Of a stretch of 64,000 bases of DNA, positions 1 through 13,163 are shown one piece after another. Every line of letters begins with the position of its first letter. Positions within the stretch are counted from its first letter, which is position 1. Where the stretch lies: assembly GCA_043228905.1 (NCBI GenBank), contig JBHGNT010000126.1, forward strand, positions 8,682 to 72,681, read 5' to 3'. This DNA comes from Azolla caroliniana. Taxonomy: Eukaryota > Plantae > Polypodiophyta. The translations under genes were made by a program, and so were the position numbers. The notes under the pieces are model-generated. The model ran no database searches, was not told where the DNA came from, and saw only the letters and a list, made by a program, of their open reading frames with translations.

Positions 1-2989
1 TGGATATGGATATAGTATAGAACTTCCTTCCATCAAACCTTTCCCCCCAATCGTATCAATAAAATTCACCATAGTTATTGTCATATATTCCTTTAATAGG
101 CATCTCATATCTCTCTTTTTCAGTAGTTCATTTACCAGATAGAGAAGTTTGTCTCTTAATCGAGCCCGTTTTCGATGCCCTAAACACTGGCAATCACATC
201 GTGTCGATATCTACGCCATCACCCCTGTAGTTGGATCTTCGTTTTTGTCATGTCCTTTTTTCTCACCTCTACCCTTGTGTCGAGCATTATATATCTATGC
301 CTCAACGCCCACTACTTGTATGTATCTCGTGAAAAGTGACATCTTTTAGTTGCTTATGTGCATATGGCATTAGCATTAACTAGCATGATAAAGCCCATAG
401 TTTCCATAGGTTATAAGGAATGAATGTCTATCTCGTGGCATGGCAAAAGTAGTCAGTATGAGTTTAAGCAACTATAGCAAGGTAAAAAGAAGCTTCGTGT
501 TGTAGGATGTATCTAAGAGATAACTTTGATCTATTTGAGCTCATCAAAATTTAGGGGGGGACACTCCTTAGATTTCCAATTTCATGGTATCATTGTTTCA
601 TGCGTAGGGAACATAGTGGGTGTTGTGACCACATCATACTCCTACTCCTAGTTTGTAACAACTCTATGTTTTCAACCTATTAATTACGTCATACTTACAA
701 GCAACATGTGTGCATTGTTTATATTATTCACATAGATTATTTGACAAGGGAATAAGTGGGCTTGGTGGGTGGATCTCCAAACACATGCGGCCTAATCAGT
801 AGAGTTCTCTTAACTCTACCTTGTTCTTGTTGAGGTTGGGAAGTTTTTGAATATATTTGGCTAAGAAAACACTCAGAACGTGATAACATGTTTCGTATAT
901 GTTATAATGCAGCCACACCAGAACATTTTGGCTTTTTAACACCTCTTGTTATTGGGATTCTCAAAACTCCTAGAAGTTATTGCTTCACCCTTCATGCTTT
1001 TGTATTGCTTTTTTGGTTGTTTCCTTGGAGAAGGAAGCTTATACGTATTGATATATGTATGTAAGGATTGAACGCAAGTGTTTTTAAATTATTATAGTGA
1101 TTAGGAACATTATGTTTACAACAACTAGTAATGTTCGTAACCAATATGTCCAGTCACCAAATTGCACTAGTTACTTTGCATGACTACCTACTAGTATGTT
1201 TGGAATTTACATATATTGCAACAAGATAGCACTCCCATAAAAGTATATTGTTTGTGAAATAATTTCATGAGTGAAAGTAATGTATGCCTTATTATAAGCA
1301 AAGATTATGTTGTGTAGAGAAAAAACTAATGCTCCATTAAAACAATGCATTTGTTATAAAAGTGCAGCTTTTATTGCGGCGTTACGTAATTTTGGGTCAA
1401 GACCATGTTTGAAACTAATTATTGCAATTTTCTGGACAACATAAAATTATATTTCTTGCACATATTGCTATGTATAAAGAACATCTTCCAAGGATTTGGC
1501 CACACTAAAAGATTGTTAAAGATGTTTCATTATATTCAAATTGTACTATTGTATGTCATCTCTAGGATACAAGATCATTTTAAACATTAACCCATATATA
1601 TATGGGATGAAATAAATCATATATACTTTATTTTTTGCAAAGTACTTGTTTTACACATGGGTGTGATCGATCACCAAGAGTGCGGGAGATCGAGGTCAAG
1701 AAAATAATTGCAATACATGTAGATTATTGACACCTCTCATATGGTGTTCATGTCGAGTAGTGTGATAACAATGTCATCAACAAGCATCGTGTTTCCCTAA
1801 TTCTATGGTAAACATGAAATTGGTGAAGAACTTTATGATTTGATCTATCCCAATGCATAAACATTGTAAAATGTAATCTTCTCATGTGAATTACAAGGTA
1901 TTTGAAACCTCCCATGCACATGGAATCTTTTGAAAAGTAATATAATCAATACATTCTTTACCATTGTTCAAGGTTTACCAAGTTGTATATTGTTAGTACC
2001 TATCTCACTTACCGCCCACCTATCATGCAAATACTAGTTTTTCTCGTTCCATGTACAATACCTAATCCTCTTTACTCATGTTATTTCATTGAAGGAAACT
2101 ATGCACGTATGAAGACCATGTGTCTTTGTCGAGCATTGTGCAATTCACTATTTATGTTCCATAGTTTAATGTGAACAATTTGCTTGCACATAACAAAGGT
2201 CATGTGACAAGACTTCTAATTTTCAATTCACTTTTATGTTTCTTAGTTTCATGAGAGCATTTTGCTTGCACATAACAAGATCATGTCATAGGACTTATAA
2301 ATTGTTATTTCTACCTTAAACTTGAAGGGTTCCATATTAATCATGCTTTCTAAACCTTAAACCTAAAGGAGTTGAGTGTGCCATCTTGAAATTCCTTTTG
2401 CTTATGAATAAAATGTTTTTCTTCCATTATCTTCAATTGCTTTTAGATGTTGTTATAGGGATAGAAAATATTGATATGTCTAGTTATGTTGAGCATGTTT
2501 ATTTCGGCCTAAACTTTTTGTCAATGAAAGTTGTCCCATGAGCATGTAACCACAAAAGAATGTATTTCCATGAAGTTGTTAAAGCTAAAATTAATTCATT
2601 AAGCTGCAACAAATGGAATAGTAATGTTGTTGTCTATAACAATTACTTTATTCGGAAATGACAATGTCAATAACAGCATGAAAATCAAGTTTTAATATAT
2701 TCAATGAAATCCCAAGTATCTACATACATTACTGAAAACCAACTTGATGCATATGAGGTACAGAGGATCATGGATGATACTAACATTTCTTGCTTGAAAG
2801 ATATAAGCACATACATAAATGATGCCTAACCATAGAAAGATAAACTTTGTGCTTCATAATGTTATATGTGTTTAACCAACCACGCGCCTCAATAATACAT
2901 ATTTAGGTACCATATGCATTGTAAGGATAGATAATTCAGTTTTTAAACTTGTTCTAGAGTATCTATTGTTGCTTAAAGTAGACGACTGT

Positions 2990-3203
2990 GAAATTTTTAG
3001 TGGAAAAAAATGGGGTTGGTTACAATCACTCATGAATAGGGATGTGGGCCCCTCGACAACAAAGGCCAGGATCATCCTATACTTTTTTCTCTTTTCTCTT
3101 GAAGTAGACGAAATTTTTAGTGGAAAGAAATGGGGTTGGTTACAATCACTCATGAATAGGGATGTGGGCCCCTCGACAACAAAGGCAAGGATCATCCTAT
3201 ACT
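2990..3203. repeat. Near-identical direct duplication, 120-bp period, 2 copies
   Basis: GAAATTTTTAGTGGAAA...GGATCATCCTATACT occurs at 2990-3083 and 3110-3203. This explains the internally repeated ORFs 2872-3195 and 2966-3310. Confidence 0.9.
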
Positions 3204-3339
3204 CTATGTGCCCAATGTTGATTTATATATGCTCAAAAGTACAGGTGAAAATGTTTGAGACATCTCACCATATTCTTCTTTTTCCAAAAAAAAACACTAC
3301 TTCGCATTAGTTAGCTAACAAAGTACATCAAAGACCATC

Positions 3340-4200
3340 AAATTTCAACAAAACTCACTTTGGCCTTCTCACCAAAATGATCATAGTCAACACCCCCTCA
3401 TTTACAACAAAAGTATCCCATCAACTCTTTTAACATGGTAATTAACTTGTAACACAACTATACATATTTATAGCCCTTGATCACTAATGGAAGCCATTGG
3501 CAGAAACAACTATCTAGGTGCTTGGTAGTTCCATTTAGGCCCTGATGATGATCTAACCACCATAGGAGAACTGCTCCATTTCAGTATAAACTTTGATCGA
3601 GCTCTTTCTGCTTCAATCTCACCATACTTCTTATATGAGTTCATTCTAATAGATCTATATATAGGCAAGAGCATAGAAGTAAGATAGTACATGATGCAAG
3701 AGATGAGTCTATGAAAGGGATATGAGAATTATATGGGAGCCTATAATAAGAAACAAAACCATGGTTACGACAATTTTACAAAGAATGTTAATGACTAGTC
3801 ACCTCCAATACTTGGTTACTTCATCTTTCTCGAGCATGCAAATCCATAAGATAAAAATATTGTCTAGAATTATACACCATGTTTGAAAAAACAACTTTTC
3901 ACTAGTCGTAGTAGTTGGCAAGAATGCAAGTATAATTTTACATAAACATTGTGGTTGCTTTCCAGGCCCTTTCTAACGTTAGTCGGTGTAGTTGGACAAT
4001 AATCCACATGACATTACTAATAAATACCATAACATCCATTATTGCAAAGGCATAGGCTTCATGGCCAATATTAAAGCCCAATTTTCGTGGATTCAAGGGC
4101 AGGATATGTCGGAACCTACTTTGTCCACGAGTTCCCTATGTCATCCTTAGTTTGATCATCAAACTTCAAAAGTAAATAAAAATATTGAGGACAACTTTGA
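3340..4200 (-). mobile_element. Highly decayed Ty3/gypsy-like pol (RT/RNase H) remnant
   Basis: Minus-strand fragments (YYLTSMLLP...RSKFILKW) loosely resemble gypsy RNase H motifs, with many stops and frameshifts. Boundaries are approximate. Confidence 0.3.
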
Positions 4201-4580
4201 GTTTATATTGCCAATAAGCCCATTAAAAGGTTCACGATAAATAGGGAGTACACACTTTTCCAAGGGACGTGCAAGAAATGTTGTTATTGAATGAGATAAT
4301 GTTAAGATTGTTGAAGATAGAGTGTATTTACATGCCAATCATAATAGGCATAATCACGTTTTTTTCTTTAGTTAAAAAGTAAATTTACATACCCCTCAAA
4401 TTTCCAAAACTTATATGCAAACACGTGTGCAATTCACTTGGTGTTGTAGTGAACCTTTCACACAATCTTCTCAATGATGTTCATATTCATTTTTCTTTTC
4501 TAGAAGAAATTTATTGTTTCTAAGGATAATAAGATGATGATTAAAGATTTCATAATTTTCAAGGATTTATCTTCCAAACC

Positions 4581-4900
4581 TTGCTCATAAGGATCATTGA
4601 AAGGGAGTTTGATTCAGATCCATGTCTTGTGGCTATTCTAGTGGATGCATATGCTAAATGTGGCATTTTTGAAGATGCTACTACAGTAATTGGACTACTT
4701 CTGGATGCAAACACCCTTGTAAGTTTGCTAAAGGACTGTGGCAGTGTAGTGGTAGCTTATAAGGGCATAGAAATTCACAATGAAATTGTGAGATTGTTGG
4801 AAGACAATATTGAGCTTGGGAATGCTTTGGTGGACATGTATGCAAAATGTGGCCAGCTTGGAAAAAACCGAAAAAAAATTCAATGATCTTTCAGATCGGG
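4581..4900 (+). pseudogene. PLS-class pentatricopeptide-repeat (PPR) gene fragment
   Basis: Contains AILVDAYAKCG, SLLKDCGS...KGIEIHNEIV and LGNALVDMYAKCGQL motifs, then frameshifts in an A-run and truncates. Confidence 0.85.
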
Positions 4901-4949
4901 TGTTGTGGGATAGAGTGGCTTCAATAGTTGCACAATCTCTACGGAAAAC

Positions 4950-7900
4950 ATAGCATTGTAGCTGATGTGCCTTTTTTTAAACTAATGGAAGGATATTTTG
5001 TTTAAAAAATTAAAAAATTTGATATTTAAACTAAACACATGAGATCTCAACATTTTTAAGAATTCAAAATGAAACTATTGGATTAAACTATGCTTCTTGT
5101 CTAAACTTCTTGGCTTTTATTTGTCATTGCAAGAGTGTAATGTTTTGAAATGGGGAGCATATCACCATCATAGCCTTGAAGACAAGTGTTAAAGGCCAAA
5201 ATTTATAGAGCTAAGGGTAGGACAAATAGAAAATTGATTCTCCTAGGATTTCAAACAACACATAAGGATTTGGGACATGTAGGAACATGTAGTGGTTTGA
5301 GACACTAAGTAGTGAGGAGTTCACCAATGCAAAGGGGTTCTATGACTATCTCCTCCCATAACACAACATTTGTGAGACATTATAGATCTTTTTTATAAGG
5401 GATGTTGATGGGGTCTCATATCCCCGCTTATCCTTTGCACATGGGTGCATAAGCACATTTGATCCATTATTTTCGTTAACCATTTGATCTAAGGGTAGGA
5501 CAAATAGAAATTTGATTCTCCTGGGATTTCAAACAACGCATAAGGATTTGGGACATGTAGGAACATGTGGTGGTTTGAGAGACTAAGTAGTAAGGAGTTC
5601 ACCAATGCAACGGGTTCTATGACTATCTCCTCCCATAACACAACATCTGTGAGACATTATAGAGTCTTTTTTATAAGGGATGTTGATGGGGTCTCATATC
5701 CCCGCTTATCCTTTGCACATGGGTGCATAAGCACACTTGATCCATTATTTTCTTTAACCATTTGATCTAAGGGTAGGACAAATAGAAAATGATTTTCCTG
5801 GGATTTCAAACAACACATAAGGATTTGGGACATGGTGGTTTGAGAGACTAAGTAGTAAGGAGTTCACCAATGCAAATGGGTTCTATGACTATCTCCTTCC
5901 ATAACACAACATATGTGAGACATTATAGAGACTTTTTTATAATGGATGTTAATGGGGTCTCGTATCCTCGCATATCCTTTGCACGTGGGTGCATAAGCAC
6001 ATTTGATCCATTATTTTCGTTAACCATTTGATCTAAGGGTAGGACAAATAGAAAATTGATTCTCCTAGGATTTCAAACAGCACATAAGGATTTGGGACAT
6101 GTAGGAACATGTGGTGGTTTGAGAGACTAAGTAGTAAGGAGTTCACCAATGCAAATGGGTTCTATGACTATCTCCTCCCATAACACAACATATGTGAGAC
6201 ATTATAGAGACTTTTTTAATAAGGGATGTTAATGGGGTTTCGTATCCCCGCATATCCTTTGCACGTGGGTGCATAAGCACATTTGATCCATTATTTTTGT
6301 TAACGATTTGATCTAAGGGTAGGACAAATAGAAAATTGATTCTCATGGGATTTCAAACAACACATAAGGATTTGGGACATGTAGGAACATGTGGTGGTTT
6401 GAGAGACTAAGTAGTAAGGAGTTCACCAATGCAAAGGGGTTCTATGACTATCTCCCCCCATAACACAACATGTGTGAGACATTATAGAGACTTTTTTCTA
6501 AGGGATGTTGATGGGGTCTCGTATCCCCACTTATCCTTTGCACGCGTGTGCATAAGCACATTTGTTCCATTATTTTCTTTAACCATTTGATCTAAGGGTA
6601 GGTCAAATAGAAAATTGATTCTCATGGGATTTCAAACAACATATAGATTTGGGACATGTAGGAACATGTGGTGGTTTGAGAGACTAAGTAGTAAGGAGTT
6701 CACCAATGCTTAGAGACTTACGGATGTTGATGGGGTCTCGTATCCCTGCTTAGCCTTTGCACGTGGGTGCATAAGCACACTTGATCCATTATTTTCTTTA
6801 ACCATTTGAACTAATGACTTAACATTACTACATAATCATAATAGCAATTGAGCATGGTTACATGTAAGATTTATCATTCCCACACATTAGCCCTTATAGT
6901 TGTTTCCCTCTAATGTACCTGGAACATTTGGAAAGATTTTATTTAACGTTCTTGATTAATCAGAGCTCATGTGGCATTATCTAAAAATTATCCAAATAAC
7001 CTCGACCCATGAACAATTAATGGGATCAAGATCTTTATGTATCTAATTATAATAGATTTCAATTCGACAAGAACCAAAGTGATGATGACCCTAACTGACA
7101 TTGCATGTAAAGCTACATGATGAGTTTGTATTGACTTCCTTATTAAGACGTTGATTTATCCTAAGCTAAGGATATCGAGATTGAGGAGTGGTGGTTAGAG
7201 AGAATATATGTCACTCTCCATAAAACCAATGGTCATCATTAGATCTTGATCAAGGATATGATGGACACTTAGCTTAATTTTCTTACATGGTGCCAAGCAC
7301 ATGAACACGTATGTTTAGAACTATCATTCCCAAACAAGGTTTGGGGAATGTTTCAATAAGTTCAGGTACATCAAAAAGCCAAGCAACACTCCATGGATTA
7401 TATGTTGAGTTATTTTACAACGTTGATGGTGTTCTTGAAATTGAACATTATAAATTACTATATTAGCTTCAGCTATTGATAGCATCACCAAATATTACAT
7501 TGGCTTCAAATATTTATAGCACTATTACTACATTGATTTAAGATATTGTGTAGAAAATGTTACAACAGTTCAAGGTATTCATAAACTTGCACAATTGCGC
7601 TAATATGTGAATTTGTTTTGAGACAACTCTTCTTAATCTTAAATTTGATTATACATATTTTTACATGATATATAGATTCCCATTTTTCTTAATTAATCAT
7701 GTATGCACATTCACAACAATAATTTTAAACAATATTAATGGTTGATGTTAACCCCTCATGTAGTTGAATTCATCAAACGGGCCATCAAGTTGTAGGCATG
7801 ATATTATTTATTTCTTGATGGATTGATGATTATTCAAGAATTAAAACGATCCTATGGTGAGCAATGGAACAAACAAGGCAACATAGATACTCGTATTATG
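4950..7900 (+). mobile_element. Degenerate L1-type LINE ORF2 remnant containing the tandem array
   Basis: Collinear decayed motifs: LSKLLG (~ILAKVLA), LILLGFQ (~LKLDFEK), FTNATGS (~LFTNASA), GLISPLI (~GCPLSPL) and IPKQGLG at ~7325 (~LPKxxGGLG). Boundaries are approximate. Confidence 0.45.
5211..6810. repeat. Tandem array of six ~278-bp units
   Basis: Units beginning CTAAGGGTAGG(A/T)CAAATAG start at 5211, 5489, 5767, 6033, 6313 and 6592. Unit 3 has a ~12-bp deletion and unit 6 a larger internal deletion. Confidence 0.95.
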
Positions 7901-8244
7901 AAGTTTGATGAAGCTATGGGAGGGGTGTCCTTGAGTAGTTGTGCATAAAATAATCTACAAATTATAAAACCTCATTTTTATTAGTTTACGTTGAATTCCT
8001 AAGAAGTCACAATAATATTTGTACACATGGTTTAATTGTAAAGAATACTCATGAGTTGTGTATACACAGACACAACTTTACCTTAATTTCCTAGGAAGTC
8101 ATTATAATGTTTGTACTCATGATTTGATGCTCTAAAGAATACTTGATGAGTTGGGTACATATGGATTGTGGATAAGTTTGAGTGTGCGACATGTATTCTA
8201 TTCTACAAATTGTTGGAATTGTGTGAAATGGCCAATTATAAATA

Positions 8245-8557
8245 GGGAAAAGTACCAGGATACCCTTGGAAGTTCGTCTATTTACCAGAATGCCCCTGGA
8301 TGTTCCAAATTTACCAAAATACCCCTATGTCCAGAAAATTACACTTTATAAAGTAATTATGCACTCAAATCTTTGGTAAATAGGGCTAGTTCGGGTCCAT
8401 TTCTTCTATCTTTGGTAAATAGGGCTTGTAGATTTTAGTGTATAATTACTTTATAAAGTGTAATTTTTTGGACATAGGGGTAGTTTGGTAAATTTGGAAC
8501 TTCCAGGGGCATTCTGGTAAATAGACAAACTTCCAAGGGTATCCTGGTACTTTTCCC
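8245..8557. mobile_element. Mutator-like MITE (313 bp, long TIRs, 9-bp TSD)
   Basis: Starts GGGAAAAGTACCAGGATACCCTTGGAAG and ends CTTCCAAGGGTATCCTGGTACTTTTCCC, with ~125-bp TIRs. TTATAAATA flanks both sides (8236-8244, 8558-8566). Confidence 0.92.
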
Positions 8558-8689
8558 TTATAAATATGGTGAACCATGTGGGCAAGACCACCTCGTTGCT
8601 TGCTCGCTCACTCGCTCTCTGTGGACATGTGTACCAAAGTGTTAGGAGGCCACGTTTTCTTGGATGCGTATGGGGTAACATCAAGATTA

Positions 8690-9430
8690 GTATTATTAAT
8701 CATCTAAGCACTAATGACAATGTACATAGATATGTAGTCACTCTAACTATTATAGTTATAGTCACAATCGATGCACTAATTACTACTCATATCACTACTT
8801 TTGTATTTTCCATTTACAATTCAAAATCAAAGAAGCAAACAACTATAGGTACAACTCTCATAACGGTCATAAAATTAGGGAGTTTCTAGGGACATTAGGT
8901 AATATTTCTAGAAATACAAATGGCATGCACGATACTATCACCATTTATATGAACGATAATATAAAGCATTCCCCTTTTCTTTTTCTTTTCTTTTTCTTAA
9001 AAAGATACACCTTGGTATTATGAAATCATAAGAAATACAAAAGTTGTGTTGGATAAACAAATATACCGACCGATTCCCTTGTACTCTCATCATAGCCGAT
9101 TTGTTGAGCATAGCAGGCAATAAGGGCTGATCAAGCAAACACATATCGAAGATGAAGGTATTCCAGTACCACAGGTAACATACATATGAACCAAAGCAGT
9201 GGCAAGAAAACCTTATTCTCCAACAATTTCCTTTTCATGACCTCATCATGAATCTAGAGCAAGACCTTCACTTCGCATTTGTTCCCCTTATCTAGTTCTA
9301 TCCCTCTTGTGCCTCTAGCTCTCCCATTAACTTGTCGTTCTCTCGCAATCTCATGCTCTAATCTCTCCCAAACCAACTTGCTCTCCCCTTCCTAACTAAT
9401 TGTCCCTTTCTTTCTTTCTTGTACGAAGGT
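8690..9430. repeat. Dispersed repeat, homologous to 12500-13010
   Basis: The blocks AAAGAAGCAAACAACT, AGGTAATATTTCTAGAAATACAAATGGCATGC and CTCTCCCAAAC(C/T)AACTTGCTCTCCCCTTCCTAACT occur in the same order at both loci. Confidence 0.75.
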
Positions 9431-11299
9431 TGGATGCGAGTGGTCAGACAAGTTGTTACGAAACCCATTAATGCACCCGGGGGTGTCTAAATCTCATATA
9501 ATGCATCACTTTACGAGGACGGTATTGACCGCATGACCCAAGACACAATCTTATCTCTCGAATCTCAAGAGACATTCCGACTCCCCACCACCCTATGTCT
9601 CTATGTGCATGTGTATAGAGAAACCTTATGGTCGTTGGACGCTAAAGATATATGTACATACAAAGGTACGATGATGTAGCGTTACTATGTATTGGAGGAG
9701 CACTTTCTATGCGTATTGTAGTAGAGTAGTATATATGTATATGTATATATACATCCCTCTCACCTTCGCGCTCGCGAAGCTCAGGACCGATTTCGATCGC
9801 AGGATTAAGCCTATTGTCATACAGGCGTGCAACGCAGATCTGATCAAGTATATCCACAACGTCCCGAGATGGTCTTCCAGGATCTGAATTCCGAGGATAT
9901 GTTGATGTATCTGTTCTCTTCAACCTCCTACGGCCACCAAATTATTTCAGAAATATCAGATGATGATGATGATGATGTAGCGATTAAGGCAAAGCTTGAA
10001 TCCTTACCGGAGACGGAGATGATCGATCCGGCCAATGGCTCAGAGGAGTATGTGTGGAAGAAGGAGGTGACTTTACTGGACACAGTTCGTAAGGAGATGG
10101 GACCTTCCGCCATATAATTGGACTTCTATGAATATCCGGGACTTGGAACAGATAACTCGTAACAACATTTCCGTGAATGGCCTGGTGGTGGGATCACAGC
10201 CTGCTTCTTGAACCTTCCAAGTGAGCTTGGTTGGCATCACATTCATCCCCCATCAATAAAAAACATTCTCTCTTTTCATCACATTCACGCATATTATGAT
10301 CACGATCCACGCTCCTCACTCCCTTCTATAGCTTTCTTTGCCTACATATTTCACTTCTATATATACTCAATTCTCTAACACGGATGTTTTGTAACTAATT
10401 TGGTGTATGTAAAATTTGTGATATTGCATTATGGTCCTTCCAATGTGTTCAAATTCATAGTTATATAAAAAATTGTTCTGATTGAATGTCACACACACAC
10501 ATATTAATGAGTGGCAATCAGACTTGGGTCCTGGACTAAACAACCTAAACATAAATCAAAGAAAAAGAAACTTATACCATTGTAGAGCGGCCTGTGGTGA
10601 TTCTAGTATAGAGACGAGGGAATGGGGTATATGTTCATGTTCTCTTGTAGAGAGAATACATATATAGTAATGCTACCCTATGTTTATAAATCATAACCTA
10701 TTGCAATGATCATCTCATTCTCTTTATTCTCATACTTTGGTGTTTGCTTGTATTAGCATAGGAGGTGAGATGTTTGTTAGATGTTTAACATCCCCCTCGT
10801 CTATTGTGCACACTCGTAGGTTTACCAAGCGAGGTGCCAATAAGGGTGCCAAAAGTGGAGGAGAATAACTCAAGTTTGTCCAGATTGGTAGGGAGTAGGA
10901 GGTGTGCCAAAGAGAAGTCAAGACGAGTGTGTGAAGCAAGGTGGGACATGAGAGGTCAGAAGGAAACGTTGTGGGATGTAGAGCCCTATAGAAAGTGGGG
11001 AACACCTTCTAATAGTGGGAGTGTCGAGAAGCCAGGAGTATGTGATGGTGTGGAGCACGAATTTGAGTAGGGAGAGAGAGGGAAACTTTTAAAAGCTTAG
11101 TCATAAAATTCATGCATACATCTTTGAGCCACATGGACGTCAACATTGGCACACAATACTAGAATGTGGGGAAAGCCTTCTACTAATGGGAGTGTTGAGA
11201 GGCAAGGGATTATCTGTAGGATGTCTAGTTAGTTTTTTGTTGTTTACTATTGTTGTCCAGACTCCATACTATTATTTTTAAGTTGCATAATATTGCAAT

Positions 11300-11720
11300 G
11301 GATCAAGAATTGGAAGACTAAAGTTGCAACCAAGGAAGCCTTGCCTTCATAAAACCACATTATTTGTATAATGTTTCTAGGAGCTACACATGATGACATT
11401 AAAAAGGCTAAGGAGATGTGGGAATTTGTTTGTTATTGCTTCAAGGTTGAAGATTAACATGAATAAATATGTTCTAATTTCATGGATTGAACAAGATATA
11501 AATGAACTAAAGTGGTTAGGGGAAGATACCACATCATGGGTGATTTGTTGACATCTATTTAATCGAGACATTTCTTATGTTTCTCATATAGTGATTATCT
11601 ATTTAATTGAGACTAACATATTTCTCAATAACAAGTAGGCCAATAGATGGATTATGGAGGACACAAATATGAAGAGTTAAAAAAGATGTATCAAGCTTGC
11701 CCACTTGAGAATCGAGATCG
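11300..11720 (+). mobile_element. LINE RT remnant
   Basis: FVIASRLKINMNK at ~11430-11468 resembles the L1 RT motif FCxASGxKINxxKS; the surrounding sequence is degenerate. Confidence 0.5.
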
Positions 11721-12499
11721 ACTTGGCACTAACACTTCTCATTTCTTTTTCTATACAGCTACTCGTAAAATGAGAATGTCTTTTATTTTTATTTTTTAGG
11801 TTCCAATAGTCAAATTTGACTTTCCATTACGATATCAGCTATCTACAATCTCATGCTTAGACGATGGCATCAAAGCTTCTATTAATTATCTCTCTATGAT
11901 CAAGTCAATAAGAGGGCACACGCAACACACATTGATACAATATAAAGAGTGTTGTCTACGACTCATGTCACTATAATTGAGTGTTCTCGCATCCCTACTC
12001 TGTCTCTCTCTCTTCTTCTTCTCTTGTAATTAGCTTACCCTAGTGGTAAGTTGTTAACACTACAAACACGACATCTTGAGTTCAAAACCCAATTTTCTCA
12101 CCCATGACCACCTGGTCTCCATTGGGCAACCTTACCAACTAAGCTACATCCATTGGGCTCTCTCTATCTCTCTCTTTGGGGTATGTCTCCAATCATTTTA
12201 TCATTGTCTAATTATTTGGACTCTAGTCATCACATTATCCATTTATTTATTTATTTACCTCACTCTTTGAATCCATTATCTTTAGTTTAGGAGACATAAA
12301 TATACCCCACAAGCTTAAAGTAATATGTTAGCATTGAACTACTACTAACTTATTATGTTTTCTACATAATCAATCATTGGGAGGGATGCACTAACCACAC
12401 ATTTTAATGAGTGCTTATATTATTGTTAATTATAGTAATTAACGTTATGTGTAGTATTAATTCAATAAATCTTTTGTAATTGATGTGATACATCAATAT

Positions 12500-13010
12500 C
12501 GGTATTACTAATCATCCAAACACTAAGCACAATGTGCACAAATATCTAGTTATTCTAATTAATGTAGTTATAATTTCATTTGATCCACTAAGTATAATTT
12601 ACAGCTCACATCATTGCCCTAGTATTTTCAATTAGGTGAGTCTGGTCACTCGAAAACCTAATTCAAGATTAAAGAAGCAAACAACTCTAATTATGACTCA
12701 CTTAATGGTTACAACTTACAGGTTGTGGATTGGCATTTTCCTTGAACTTTAAAAAAATATGAATTGAAGTTGCATGTGGGAACATCTAATTTCCAACCTG
12801 GTACTTAAGGTAATATTTCTAGAAATACAAATGGCATGCTAAACCCCATTAATAAGACCAATAATATCGAGGATTCCTCTTTTCGCAAACTATTCCTCAA
12901 CAAAGTTTCTTTGTTTGTCTGGTATCTCTTGTTGCTATCTCTCCCAAACTAACTTGCTCTCCCCTTCCTAACTTACTCTCCCATTCTTTCATTTTTGTAC
13001 TAGGGTAGTG
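12500..13010. repeat. Dispersed repeat, second copy of 8690-9430
   Basis: Same shared blocks as 8690-9430, but with much shorter spacing between the second and third blocks. Confidence 0.75.
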
Positions 13011-13163
13011 AAGACCCTCGTTTCTATTTGATTTAAGATTCATATATCCTCGTTTCTCTTTAATATAATATTTGTAAATGCTCTGAACGGGTGAATCTAG
13101 GGCTTGGACGGCCCTGAACTCGTTCCGGGAATGCTAGACGATCAGGGCGTCCACTTTATTATA

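Noticed and set aside
2872-3310. 107- and 114-aa ORFs as genes
   Set aside because: Their length comes from the 120-bp duplication, and they show no recognisable domain.
5211-6810. CRISPR-like array
   Set aside because: The units are full-length 278-bp tandem copies with no unique spacers, in a eukaryotic context with no cas genes.
8151-8684. Two similar ORFs on opposite strands
   Set aside because: They are translations of the two MITE TIRs.
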